Below, piece by piece: positions 1 to 12,142 of a stretch of DNA of 64,000 nt; the first letter of the stretch is position 1, and each line of letters begins with the position of its first letter. The notes under the pieces are model-generated. The model was not told the DNA's origin and made no database searches. It saw nothing but the letters and a program-made list of their open reading frames with translations. Where the stretch lies: assembly GCA_030324005.1 (NCBI GenBank), contig JARDVH010000042.1, positions 108,207,391-108,271,390 on the forward strand. Direction: 5' to 3'. Both the position numbers and the translations under genes were made by a program. This stretch comes from Negaprion brevirostris. Lineage: Eukaryota.

Positions 1-420
1 TGGTGGCGGTGGGGAGGTGGTGGTGGTGGTGGTTTACACTCCACTCCAGAACAGCTGAGCATTACTACATGCAGATGCTGAAAATAAATCAACAGAACAA
101 GTCAGTCTCGCCGCCACAGTTTACCCCGAAGATCTCAATCTTCGGCTGAGTCTCCGGATTAAAAAAAAGCTTGCATTTGTGAAAACGATCTGCAACTTTG
201 GTTGATGCTTTTGAATTTGCTTCATGCCAGCCCTGCACTTTTGAAAGAGAACGTAACCGTGCAGAACCACTGCAGTGCCAGAATCTTGCTTTTTGCTCCT
301 GCGTGCTTTTGTCAAGTTGCCAAAGCCTCCTTTTGTCCAGGGTGAAAGGTCAAGGTAATGCTGTCTGTATAACCAGCTGGTCCATAAGAATGTGGACATG
401 AAACAGTAACAATCTGTCTG
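1..420 (+). other. Probable non-coding (5'UTR) exon upstream of the PTPRD first coding exon; 5' end lies outside the window or is undefined
   Basis: Unique sequence with no recognisable TE, ending in a consensus donor TCTG|GTAAGT at 420/421. Contains several short upstream ORFs and a (GGT)n tract at 1-33. The link to PTPRD is inferred from strand and position; vertebrate PTPRD has multiple non-coding 5' exons. Confidence 0.5.
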
Positions 421-882
421 GTAAGTTATTAAATGCTTCACAGAACGTAACACGACCCCTGTCAAAACATAATGTGGAACATTCTGAGCATATTAGCTGG
501 CTGCCACTCTGAGGAAAAAAAGTATCAAACTATGAAGATAAAGCAACTTNNNNNNNNNNNNNNNNNNNNNNNNNNNNNNNNNNNNNNNNNNNNNNNNNNN
601 NNNNNNNNNNNNNNNNNNNNNNNNNNNNNNNNNNNNNNNNNNNNNNNNNNNNNNNNNNNNNNNNNNNNNNNNNNNNNNNNNNNNNNNNNNNNNNNCTGCT
701 CCTATTTCTTACGTTCTTATGTAACACAAATTGAAGTGAGTTGAAACACTGGTTGTGGAATCCATAGTTGTATTTCACACTCATGTATTTCTGTGATGGT
801 TCCATCAGTGGCAAGCTGTTCTTTGCTTACATTGAAAACGGGATACCTTCCTTGGACAAAGTGACCCAGTTGTACCTGTTAT

Positions 883-1310
883 CAGCTGTGGCACAGTTGA
901 TAATATTCCTGCCTTTCAATTAGAAGGTTCCAGATTCAAAGCCCACTTAGGGCGTGAGGACGAAACTCAAGGTCGACACTCCAGTGCAGTACTGAGGGGT
1001 GCTGCATTGTCAGAGGTGCTGTCCTTTGGATAAGATGTTAAACTGAGAAGTTCCCATGGTACTCTGTTGAAGAGAAGGGTAGGGTGCTATTTCCAGTTTT
1101 CTGCCTAATGTCTATCCCTCAGTGACCTCAACAGAAAAGCAAATTCTCTGTTTATTATCACATTGCCACTTGTGGAAGCTAACAATGTCTGTTGTCTACT
1201 GTGTATCCTACATTACAACAGGGACTTCACTTTGACATTACTTTGTTGGCTGTAAAGCGCTTTTAGACTTCTGGCGTCCATGAAAAGTGTGTTATGGATG
1301 CAAACCTTTT
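883..1310 (+). mobile_element. DeuSINE (SacSINE1-like), near full length
   Basis: tRNA-like head, body GACACTCCAGTGCAGTACTGAGGG..TGCTGCATTGTCAGAGGTGCTGTC, and tail TTGGCTGTAAAGCGCTTT...TATGGATGCAA. Confidence 0.7.
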
Positions 1311-1499
1311 ATTACTGTCGCTCCAATAGTATAATTTACCTGTAGAGTAATGGGTTAATGAATACGTCAATGAGATCATGATGGAACAGTAACTAGATGA
1401 CCGAGAGGTTCAAAGGGAATGCAGAGCTGACCAGTCGATGTCTCCTGATACTAGGGGCTTTCCCTGAATTCTTTGTAAATAGTTCTTAAAAGATGTGAA

Positions 1500-2183
1500 A
1501 GAAACCATAACAACTATTTCAGGTGTGCCAAGGGGAAGCAGAGCCTTATCAAGGCTTAGTAAGACTCTCTCAATGAGTCCTCCCCTAATGACACCCCTCT
1601 CTGCCTATCCTGCACACAACACCCCCAGCCCCTCCGCGGATCAACCCCCTTGCACATCCGCTTCTGCTGATCACCCCCCTTACGTATCCCCTTGCATACC
1701 CCCCTGCCAATATCTCTCTGCTTTTGTAGAACTTCCTCCATTATAGTTGAACCCTGACTTGGGCCCCACCCCTTGGCAGGTCTCCTGGCGGTTATGGTGC
1801 CTGGTGGGCAATGCCAGGGTGTCCTGTGGGTAGTGTCAGTATGTCTGCTGGACAGTTCCAGAGTGCCTGATGGGCACTGCCAGGGTGCCAGGCTTTCACT
1901 GCTTGGCCATGGCCCTCCCAGCGTGAGGGCTTCAGTGGCCTCTGACACCCCCTGTGAGGCCATCACCATCTGGTGCTCATTCTTGGGGTACCAGCTGTGA
2001 TTCACACTGGCGTGAGGACTGACTGGCAAGGAGGTAAGTTCAAGTGAGCCTGGATGATCTTAATGGCTGAAAGATTGTGAAGCCGATCTTGCCAGCAAAA
2101 TAGGACCTCACGTGCAATCTTACTGTCTCGCCAAGCCGATTGTCCGGCGCAGTGAGATAGTAAGATCACGGAAATTTTCCCCA
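1500..2183. mobile_element. GC-rich non-autonomous DNA transposon remnant (Harbinger-like)
   Basis: GGCA/TGCC-rich body like the other copies in the window; ends in a TIR-like CGGAAATTTTCCCC. Confidence 0.45.
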
Positions 2184-2828
2184 TGCCTGTAACTCCAGGT
2201 GCAGTGAAAGCACTGGCATATATTCATATCTGAAAGGTGAACATCAGCATGGGTTGACATAATCGGAATTGTTCTGTGGAGATGGCTGCCAGCATCTGAT
2301 AAACTAGTTTTAGTTTGAAGGGCATCATTGTCCCAGAAAAATTCGTTTCACCTTTGTAAACAGAGATATGGGGTGATGTTTCTGTTTCACCTTTCTTATC
2401 TGTATTTAAAAAAAATCTCTCATTCTAAGTTTTTTGAAGCATGCCTTTCGAAACAGTGCAGCGACAATTTGCAGTACATCTCCCGCATGCTTTTAGCTGG
2501 ATAAAAATATGGCAGCTCTGAAGAGGAACATTTCATTGTCATGTATGNNNNNNNNNNNNNNNNNNNNNNNNNNNNNNNNNNNNNNNNNNNNNNNNNNNNN
2601 NNNNNNNNNNNNNNNNNNNNNNNNNNNNNNNNNNNNNNNNNNNNNNNGTTGTATATGTAGATGGATAATGTCAACTAATTTTTTAAGGTCTCAACAATAA
2701 CTTGGTTACGAAGGTCAAAGATTGGACTTGATCCAAAGCACAAAATCATTCACAACAATTTTAAGATGTGTTACCTTGTATGTGAACGGTGATTTTTAGA
2801 AGTGTGAGGATCTTTATATCATTTGATC

Positions 2829-3123
2829 GGCATGGTGGCACAGTGGTTACTGCTGGTGTCTCACAGTACCAGGGACCTGGGTTTGATTCCCGCCTTGGAT
2901 GACTATCAGTGTGGGGGCCGCATGTTCTCCCTGCGTCTGCATAGATTTTCTCCGGGTTCTTGGTTTCTTCCCACAATCTGAAAGATATGCCGGCTAGGTG
3001 CATTGGCCATGCTAAATTCTCCCTCCATGTACCCGGACAGGCACCAGAGTGTGGCGATCAGGGGATTTTCATCGTAACTTCATAGTATCACATGTACATT
3101 AACAGTACAAATAAATAAACTTT
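2829..3123 (+). mobile_element. HE1-type V-SINE, tail type B
   Basis: Head GGCATGGTGGCACAGTGGTTA with B-box GGTTTGATTCCC and V-domain; tail ...GAGTGTGGCGATCAGGGGATTTTC...AATAAATAAACTTT. Confidence 0.85.
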
Positions 3124-3439
3124 AAGCCATTTACCACAGCCTAGCCCTAAACCAGAGAAGATACCTGAATATGCCCAAATTAGAATGAGTTGGGATGATT
3201 GAAATGCATGATATTCCAGTTGTGGATCAGATTAACTTTGGATCAGCAATGCAAAATTTTCCTGACCAAATTTTTTCTGGTGTTTGGACCAATTATGAAA
3301 TTTGACCTCGTCACTGCCTTGGATTGTATTGAATCGTTTTCCCATTGCATGCTTCCTGAGTATGGGTCTCTAACGGGGTTCGCGAGAGTCAAGGGATTGA
3401 TAAAGTAAGGTCATTGCTGAAATGGCCTGTAAATGTATA

Positions 3440-3690
3440 GTGATCTACACTGGAAGATGCTTCACTGTGGTCTCAGGATCCCTACTCACGACCTGGTCAA
3501 TATTTCGCCCTTCAGCCAACATCTTTGGAAAACACATGAATTCATTTAACTCACTCTGTGTGTAAGTTGGCTGTTGCAGTTGCCTACTTCAACACTGTGA
3601 CCACTTAAAAGTAATTAATTAGCTAATTGCTTTGGGACATCCTGAAAGCATGAGACATGCCAAATAATCTTAAGATCTTTTTTAAATAAG
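3440..3690 (+). mobile_element. DeuSINE 3' fragment (old)
   Basis: TGTGTGTAAGTTGGCTGTTGCAGTTGCCTAC...TGCTTTGGGACATCCTGA resembles the 3' part of 883-1310. Confidence 0.5.
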
Positions 3691-6022
3691 GAAAAGATGA
3701 ATTACTGCCAAGAATAATTTTGTCTAAAGGGCCATTGTCCTCAGGAAGTCTGGGACGTATCTGGTACAGCAGCAGGCTGCACTCCTGATGGAACAATTTC
3801 AACAATTCTTTCTTTGATTTTTTTCTGTAAAAACTTCCCCTGTCCGTTCTCTGGTGGGGCCATTTAGATCCTGCAGGTATGTGGGACCAGATTTTGAAAT
3901 GCTGGTGTGGAAGTTGTGGTCTTGTGGGTCATCTCAAGATCCCAGTGCCTTCAGGATGATTTGAGGCTTTCAAAGTGTTGGTAGGTGGATAAGGAACAGG
4001 CAGCCAACTAATGACAGACAGAGCTTTGTTAGGAGCTCCGTAAGGACCCAAGGCATTTGAGAAGGCAGTTTTAGATCTGATCTTGGTGAAACTAAACCGT
4101 CTGGTGCATATTAGTCACAACACAGCTGTCAAGATTGCCGTAGGGCCAAAGAAATGTTCCTTTTCTGAATTAGTTATTGGGTCTTGGATAATCTGCACTG
4201 GAATATGCAGATTATCAAGTTGTGGCTCAGTCACCCACATTATTTACCATTTGTACAGCTGGTCCACCAATGAGCTGCCTGTTTTCCAAAGCAAAGGCCA
4301 GACTCAATATGTCTGCTGTGAGACTTTACAACTGACACCAAGCAGGCAGATCTCACCTCCAGGAGGAGCTTGGCACCAATGGGTGTTGAGTTNNNNNNNN
4401 NNNNNNNNNNNNNNNNNNNNNNNNNNNNNNNNNNNNNNNNNNNNNNNNNNNNNNNNNNNNNNNNNNNNNNNNNNNNNNNNNNNNNNNNNNNNNNNNNNNN
4501 NNNNNNNNNNNNNNNNNNNNNNNNNNNNNNNNNNNNNNNNNNNNNNNNNNNNNNNNNNNNNNNNNNNNNNACATTAGCAGGATATTCACCCACATCATCC
4601 ACCATGATCCTGCCTCATTGACATCAGCTTGGACACTTTACAAAAGCCCCAGGGCCTGTGATAAGAATCCCCCAATTGTCTTCTCTAGCTCAGTGGTACT
4701 AATGTGAACTATAGTGCCCCAACATCATTTTGCATGAGATTTGTAATTTGGCGCAAATGCGGATCAAACTTTCCTGATTTGCATGCATGAATAAAGTTAC
4801 TGACTTTTGAGGCAATACGCACTGATCATTCTCTCCTGTAAATTTGTGTTGTGATGGTTCCAAAGGTATAATTAGCATCAACATCTCTGCTGTCCACCAT
4901 TGAATGGTGCTGTAATTAAAATGTTCTCTGAGATTAAAGCCCCCAAATCCCTGGCGCTGGCATTTTAATGTTTCTCTGCTGAAGGTCAACCAATTTAACA
5001 TAGATAAAGCGTTGGTCTTAAAAGCAACCTGGTCCGTATGACACAGATCTGGCCAACTTATAGACTGGTTCACTGGGTATGATAGCTTTCTCATTAAGAT
5101 TTAAAAAATATTTAATAAAAACTTTGTGATTACCATATATAGGAATCATATATGTTCCTATTATAACTGATTGGATGTTATGTATTGTTGAAGATTATTT
5201 TGAGTCAAGTTCCTTATTTACACATTGTATTGCACTACACAGTTGTTAACTTTACATTGTTTGACATTTTGAACAATTGATTATTTTCCTTTAACATGAT
5301 TTGGAACAGCATTTCAGCTTCAATGGCTTTCTTTGCCTATTTTATTATTTTCCCATTACTGGTTTGAAACAGTAAGGTACAGATATGTAGATAGCTTTGG
5401 GGCATTGTAAATAAACACTTGTCTGAGCCAAACATCAAAAATGTTGAGTTTACTGAAATCTTACTCTTTTTAAATAAAGCATTATATATCAGTCTGTATA
5501 CAGAAATTGTGAGTGAAACAGTTAGTGACATTGGTAGATGGATAGTGACATGCAATTGAATGCATATTCATTCACGATAGCAGACAAACAGACATAAATG
5601 TAATGTAAAATGTCATGGCATAAATATGTGGGAAATATGANNNNNNNNNNGGACTTTGACTGTGTACTGACAGAGGATGGAGCGGGCACATTCAAACGTG
5701 AATCTTGCACTAAACTAATCAAAGCAGAATTAAATTCTACTGTCAATCATCAGCCAAGTGAAGGAAGATGTTGTCACCAGTGCTGTCAAGCCGCACTTAC
5801 TCAGCAATAACCTGCTCAACAATGTCCACTTTGGGGTTCCACCAGGATTGCTCATCTCTGACCTTATTCTGACCCTTGTCCATACATGGATAAAAGATTT
5901 GAATTCCAGAGTTGAGGTGAGAGTGATTGCCCTTGCCATCACAGCAGCATTTGCATGACATCAAGGAGCCCTAGTATGGAGTCACACTTAGCATAAAGGA
6001 CAATAGCTATGGTTTTTGGAAT

Positions 6023-6190
6023 TGAATCATAGAATCCCTACAGTGCAGTAGGAGGCCATTTAACCCATCAAGCCTGTACTGACAATGATCCAGGCCAGTC
6101 CCTATCCCCATAACCCCATTTACCTGATGATCTCGCTGAAACTAGAGTTGATTTAGCATGGCCAATCAACCTAACCCACAGACCTTTGGA
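6023..6190 (-). mobile_element. HE1 SINE 3' fragment (tail A)
   Basis: GAATCATAGAATCCCTACAGTGCAG..GGAGGCCATT is the reverse complement of the HE1 tail. Confidence 0.8.
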
Positions 6191-6754
6191 TATCCAGGAC
6201 ATTGCTGCAGGAGTCCCATGTGTACTGTCTTTCTCACAACCATCTTCAGCTGCTCAATCAGTAAGCTTCCTTCATCTTCACAGATAATGAAGCAGTTCAC
6301 GCCATCAAGAGGGAAAACCTGAACAACTTTGGGTTGGTAAGTGGCATGTAATATTCATGCCACAGGAACTGTCAAACAATGGCCTCCTTCAACAACAGAG
6401 AATCTAACCATTTCTCCTCAATATTCAGCAGTATTGTCTTTACTGAATCCCCACCATCAACAGCTGGGGCGGGGGTGGTTACCATTGACCTGAATTTCAA
6501 TTGGACCAGTGACATTTTTAATTCATTCATTGGATGTGAGCAACCANNNNNNNNNNNNNNNNNNNNNNNNNNNNNNNNNNNNNNNNNNNNNNNNNNNNNN
6601 NNNNNNNNNNNNNNNTGTTTTAGCCACATAGATAGTGTGGCTACAAGAGCAGTTCAGACATGTAATTCTGCATTGAGTAACTTACTATCTGAATCCCCAA
6701 AGTCTGTCCACCATATATCAGGAGTGTATGGAATACTTTCCATCTGTCAACTTT

Positions 6755-6955
6755 TAGAATCTCGTAGACTCTGTATAATGCAGAAGGAGGCCATTCAGCC
6801 CATCAAATCTGCACCAACCACGATCCCACCGACCCTATTCCTATAACCCCATGCATTTACCTAGCTAGTCCCCCTGACACTAAGGAGCAATTTAGCACGG
6901 CCAATCCACCTAACCTGCACATCTTTGGACTGTGGGAGAAAACCGGAGCACCCAG
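6755..6955 (-). mobile_element. HE1 SINE 3' fragment (tail A)
   Basis: GCAGAAGGAGGCCATTCAGCCCATC...CACATCTTTGGACTGTGGGAGAAAACCGGAGCACCC. Confidence 0.8.
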
Positions 6956-6979
6956 TTTGTCTCGATGAATTCAGTTTGG

Positions 6980-7368
6980 GGAGGTGATGGCGTACAGGTT
7001 ATTATCATTGGTCAGTGTAATCCAGAGACCCAGGATGTTGCTCTGGGGATCCGGTTTCAAATCCCACCGCAGTTTACAGTGAAATTTGAATTCAATAAAA
7101 AAAAAATCTGGAATTAAATTTGAATGATGACCATAAACCATTGTTGATTGTTTAAAAAAAAACATCTGGTTCACTGTTATCCTTTTAGGCAAGGAAATCT
7201 GCCATCCTCACCTGTTCTGGCTCACATGTGACTCCAGAACCACAGTAGTGACTCTTGATTACCTTTCGAAATGGCCCAACAAACCATTCAATACAAGGAC
7301 AATTAGAGATGAACACTAAATGTAGACCCAGGCAATGATGCCCACAGGCAGTGAATGAAAGAAAAAAA
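6980..7368 (+). mobile_element. tRNA-derived SINE with CR1-group tail (second family)
   Basis: B-box-like GGTTTCAAATCCCAC; body CTGGTTCACT..TCCTTT.GGCAAGGAAATCTGCC; tail GGACAATTAGAGATG..GCCCACA..TGAATGAAAGAAAAAAA. Related copies at 12888 and 48748. Confidence 0.7.
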
Positions 7369-7719
7369 TTCCAACAACACTTGAGCTCAACACTACCCAA
7401 GAGAAAGTAGCCTTCTTGAATGACATAGCATCCACCACCATAAAACTTCATTACCTTTGTCGTGTGTGTGTGTGTGTGAGTTTGTTCTACAAGATGGAAT
7501 GCGTTAGCTCGCTAAGACTCCTTCAGGTGCATCTTCCAAACCTGCAACTCCTACCACCTAAAAGGACAAGGGCAGCGGATGCATGACACCACTACCTGCA
7601 AGTTGCTCTCCAAGCCACGTGCCATTCTGACTTAGAAATCTATTCCTACTCCTGCGTGTCAGGATGTTAAAATCCTGGGGCTTCCTCCCTAAAAGCACTG
7701 TGGGTGTAATTGCAACATT

Positions 7720-8045
7720 GGGCGGCATGGTGGCACAGTGGTTAGTACTGCTGCCTTACAACTCCGGGGACCTGGGTTCAATTCCCAACTTGGATCACTG
7801 TCTGTGCAGCGTTTACACATTCTCCCCATGTTTTGAGTGGATTTCCTCTGGGTGCTCTGGTTTCCTTTTCACAGTCCAAAGATGTGTGGGTTAGGTTGCT
7901 TGGACATGCTAAATTAACCCTTAGTGTCCCAAAATGTGATTGGTTAGAGGGATAAGCAGGGTAATAGGGCTTGGGTGGGATTGTTGTCGGTGGAGACTTG
8001 ATGGGCCAAATGGCTTCCTTCTGAACTGTAGGGTTTCTGTGACTG
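7720..8045 (+). mobile_element. HE1 SINE, full length (tail A)
   Basis: GGGCGGCATGGTGGCACAGTGGTTAG...GGGTTCAATTCCC...ACTGTAGGGTTTCTGTGA. Confidence 0.9.
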
Positions 8046-8067
8046 ATTGCAGCAGACGTAGCCTTCT

Positions 8068-8376
8068 CATAGAATCCTGACAGTCCAGGGGAGGCTGTTT
8101 GGCCCGTCAAATCTGCACCAACCACACTCCCAACCAGACCCTTTTCCCACATGTTTACCCTACTAATCCCCTGACACTAGGGCCAAGTTAGCATAGCCAG
8201 TCAACCTAACCTGCATATCTTTGGACTGCAGGAGGAAACTTGAGTACCTGGAGGAAACCCACGCAGACACTGGGAGAATCTGCAAACTCCACACAGATTG
8301 TAACCCAAAACCAGATTTGAACCTGGTCCCTGGCACTGTGAGGCAGCAGTGCTAACCACTGTGTCACTGCCACCCT
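8068..8376 (-). mobile_element. HE1 SINE, full length (tail A), tail-to-tail with the previous copy
   Basis: CATAGAATCC...GGCAGCAGTGCTAACCACTGTGTCACTGCCACCC. Confidence 0.9.
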
Positions 8377-9299
8377 ATGTTATCAGGAGCAGTTAGGGGT
8401 GGACAGTAAATGTTGGTTGGAGCAGCAGCGCTGTGATCCCATGAACACGAGAAAAATGACACTGAGCCAGCGAGGCTGACTGAAAATCCTATACGGTTGT
8501 TAAGAATTCAACTTGTTTGTGGGTGAATTGTTAAAATAGTCATAGATTTAAATTATTGTTACTTTGATTCAAATCAATCTTCTGCAGATTACCTCAGTGA
8601 TTTTATGACATCCTGCATTGTGCTATTTAAAACTAAAGACACGATGCTTATTGAATATATATCCTTTATCTTGATTTTCCATTGTACAGGCACGTCTATT
8701 TGTGATGTTGCTACTTCTTGATGTTCAGCTGAGTGTCATAGAATGACACTTGTTTAATCTGTGATCACAGATTATTCTTATAACCTGCATTTCCACGTAC
8801 TCTTTATTTTCATGTGGTGTTTATTTTCAACAGTCAGAAAACAAGTTGCCTCTGTTAGTTGACACCACTGAAGAGGCTTGAAGTCCTTATTGGCAGTGTA
8901 AAACAACAATCCTCCCACAGGCATCAAGCACAGACAGGTTTAGTTTGCCAGGTTTGAAAAAAGATTGAAATTGGGTTTTACCACAAGTTGAAAAGTGAGG
9001 GTTTATGCCTCAATGTCTCTACATGAGGAGTTTATACTCTCAGTCAAGCCTTTGAGCGTGCAAGCCGAGACTGAGTACTTCCTATGTAGAACTGGTGAAA
9101 ATCCCAGGAAATGTGATTTTTCCTTGCAGTCAGTTAATGAACAACTGTGAGCAAGGCTGGAGCAACTAGCCGGTCTTCACAACTGGGAAAGATGTGTTGA
9201 ATTGATGACGACTATAGGCCAAGAAGTGAAGAAAACAAGAAGAAGTGCCCCCAGATGAAGGCAGCCAGGCTTCTAAAAACAAGAAGCTAATTCATGTGT

Positions 9300-9510
9300 G
9301 CTGTGCCCAGAGGCAATCCTGGACTCATTATTTGCTGATGCTTCATCCTGAGCTGTTCCTTTTTTGTCATCCGTGGTGGCCTGCCATTGCCTCCGCTCTT
9401 GGGTAAGATGAGGAGGCAGGCCCCCAGTCTCCTGACCTCCGGCAGAACAGGAATCAAACCCCTATTCCCGGCGATATTCTAAATCCGTAGCCGTCTAGCT
9501 GTGGCCCCTG
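9300..9510 (-). mobile_element. Old tRNA-derived SINE with RTE-type motif
   Basis: GTGGTGGCCTGCCATTGCCTCC resembles the reverse complement of the GAAGGCAATGGCAAACCAC motif; B-box-like GGAATCAAACCC. Confidence 0.45.
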
Positions 9511-10619
9511 TGTTATTGCTGAGCCAATTTCTAATATTGAACTTAAGGAACCGGAGCAGAAGGAAGAAGTTACTATTCTGCTTTCCTGAATGACTTCCGA
9601 ATCCTTTGCAAATGGAGAGTGTGTCTATTTATCTCTGTGGTATTAAAGTTTCTGAGTAAGTTCAAAATTCCATTTCAGTGTGCTTCTTAAGTTTTGTGTC
9701 ATACCATCCCAATGGAAAAAAACCCATAAAGATGTGTTTAAATTTGACCACAGTACCTGTCATGTCTGCAATAGTTGGCACTGTAATTGGGGATATCCAG
9801 TGTTAAATGTCACATAACGGTAGCTACTAAGACAATATTGAATGCCAATAGCAAAACAAGTTGAAACTGCATGTAGTTGCAGTGTCTGATCATTCAGTGT
9901 CACTGTGGAGCATTCATAATTTCCCTCAGCTAGAAACTGTGTTGGTATAAGTAAATAAATCAAATAAGATTTAAATTTACAAGTAAGGTGGAAACATTTT
10001 TTAATGTACCTTTTCACTGTATCTTCATCTTGATGCCTTCCCTTCTCCAGTCTTTGTCCCACTCTGGTTGGCTTTGCTTCACAAGGTCATTCCTGCCTTA
10101 TCCATCATTCCTTCACGTAATTAACACTTTGCCCACAAATAGTCATCCTGGGGAACTGCCTCAGATATGTACACTCCTCTGAGCGGTCTTTTAGTCCACT
10201 GAATTAATAGGAGTCCTCGTCTTTTTTGTCCTCCCACCATGCCCCCGCTCCATCATCCTGTCCCTGTCCATTTGGGTCCGCTTTTCCTTACTGAGCAGCA
10301 TTTCAGCCCTNNNNNNNNNNNNNNNNNNNNNNNNNNNNNNNNNNNNNNNNNNNNNNNNNNNNNNNNNNNNNNNNNNNNNNNNNNNNNNNNNNNNNNNNNN
10401 NNNNNNNNNNCTATAGTGCTGGGCCAGACGGTGAAATGACCCAATCCCTACCCTTTCCCTGACCCCTGCCATTGAATGGGGCCAATGTCACTGGTCACTG
10501 CTACTAAACCCTTTGTCACACTGAAGAGAAATAAAACCTTGGCCGAATCAACACTGAGCAGGGATACTGTTTCTCACAAATGTGCTCCCCACAATCCCGG
10601 ACTCACCCTACACAACTTA

Positions 10620-11185
10620 GCATCCACTTCCTCCTCTTATCTGTCGTGTGGTCTACACCTTTCTATCGATTTCACCCCTCCTTTTTCCATCCTGCTTAGC
10701 TTTACCCCTTTCCATCCTACTCGCCCTCACTTCCATCTTACTCGCCCTCTTCCATCCAACTCACGCTCTCTTCCCTCTTGTTCACTCTTCCCATCCAGCT
10801 TCCTCCTTCACCTCTCGGCCCAATCCATCCAGGGTCTTGTTTCTCCTTCTTCTCCACTGCGTCGTCCTCCTGTCTACTATTCTTCTCCTCATCTAACTGC
10901 CCGATTCGTTCATTTGCTTTGGTCTCCCATTCCTCGCTCTCTTCCCCCAACTCTCAACCATCCTTCCCAGCTCCTTTTTTTTTGCACCTCTTCCTTCCCT
11001 TCCCCTCTCTCGCTTCCTTTTTCCTATTATCTCCTGTTTCCCTACCATGCCTCTCCTCTTGTCCCCCATGCCTCTTCTCCTTTCTCCCTCTCCTCCGCCT
11101 ACTCTCTTCAATCCCCCATCTTTTCCCCTCTGTTTTCCCACTCTGTCATTCTTTTTCCTCTTCCCCGCCACCCATCTCCCCATTC
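10620..11185. repeat. Long polypyrimidine (C/T) low-complexity tract
   Basis: About 560 bp dominated by C and T on the + strand. Confidence 0.85.
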
Positions 11186-12142
11186 TATTGAAATTTGTTA
11201 CGTGATGCTTATGGTTCGTTGAAGTCATTGCAAGTACCTGTTAGTCCTGTAGGTGGTGCTATGCCAGGCCATCTCATTGTTTAAGGTGTTCTGCTGTGAC
11301 CGACAATGCTGTTAATTTATAGTTTGCATGTATTGCAGTATGACGGTGCAGTCTGCACACGAGCACATCGCTCAAAATCCTCCCCTGAAAAGCAATTAAG
11401 CCATTATTTATTCCTCAATAAAATAAATTAGGATGCTGTTTCCAAAGTAGAGGTTTAAACAGAATGAAATGAAAATGTTACATATTTCATAATGCCATGT
11501 ACCAATTTACAATTTTAATGCAATTATTAAAGTTTTTACTTAAGGTGTCACTTTTGACCCCAAATGTTGTCTTTGACCCGATCATTTTGCCCAGAGCTGT
11601 CTTATTGAATTGTATTTGCATCGTACACTCTGAGTTTATGCACTGTACACAGATTCTCAGAATGCATCGGTACTATTCTGTGTCTGGAGTACAGGTGAAT
11701 ATTCCANNNNNNNNNNNNNNNNNNNNNNNNNNNNNNNNNNNNNNNNNNNNNNNNNNNNNNNNNNNNNNNNNNNNNNNNNNNNNNNNNNNNNNNNNNNNNN
11801 NNNNNNNNNNNNNNNNNNNNNNNNNNNNNNNNNNNNNNNNNNNNNNNNNNNNNNNNNNNNNNNNNNNNNNNNNNNNNNNNNNNNNNNNNNNNNNNNNNNN
11901 NNNNNNNNNNNNNNNNNNNNNNNNNNNNNNNNNNNNNNNNNNNNNNNNNNNNNNNNNNNNNNNNNNNNNNNNNNNNNNNNNNNNNNNNNNNNNNNNNNNN
12001 NNNNNNNNNNNNNNNNNNNNNNNNNNNNNNNNNNNNNNNNNNNNNNNNNNNNNNNNNNNNNNNNNNNNNNNNNNNNNNNNNNNNNNNNNNNNNNNNNNNN
12101 NNNNNNNNNNGTTGTCTGTTTATATTTGGGGGTGCAAGTCTT

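Larger units (their letters stand above)
5760..8456 (+). mobile_element. Decayed CR1-group LINE (RT to 3' tail) carrying several nested SINEs
   Basis: RT-like peptide HLLSNNLLNNVHFG...DLILTLVHTWIKDLNSRVEVRVIALAITAAF at 5758-5958; collinear fragments through 7700; tail GCAGTTAGGGGTGGACAGTAAATGTTGG...CCCATGAAC at 8388-8456. Confidence 0.7.

Noticed and set aside
1-100. Minus-strand acceptor-like site (TTGATTTATTTTCAG ending at 78) followed by MLSCSGVECKPPPPPPPHRH
   Set aside because: The poly-Pro comes from the (GGT)n repeat; no recognisable protein, and the sequence is truncated by the window edge.
8834-8937. Possible additional non-coding exon (TTTTCAACAG| ... CAG|GTTTAG)
   Set aside because: Weak donor and no independent support; such pairs occur by chance in long introns.
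10476-11228. 248-aa, 137-aa and 111-aa ORFs
   Set aside because: By-products of a stop-poor polypyrimidine tract (S/P/L/F-rich translations).
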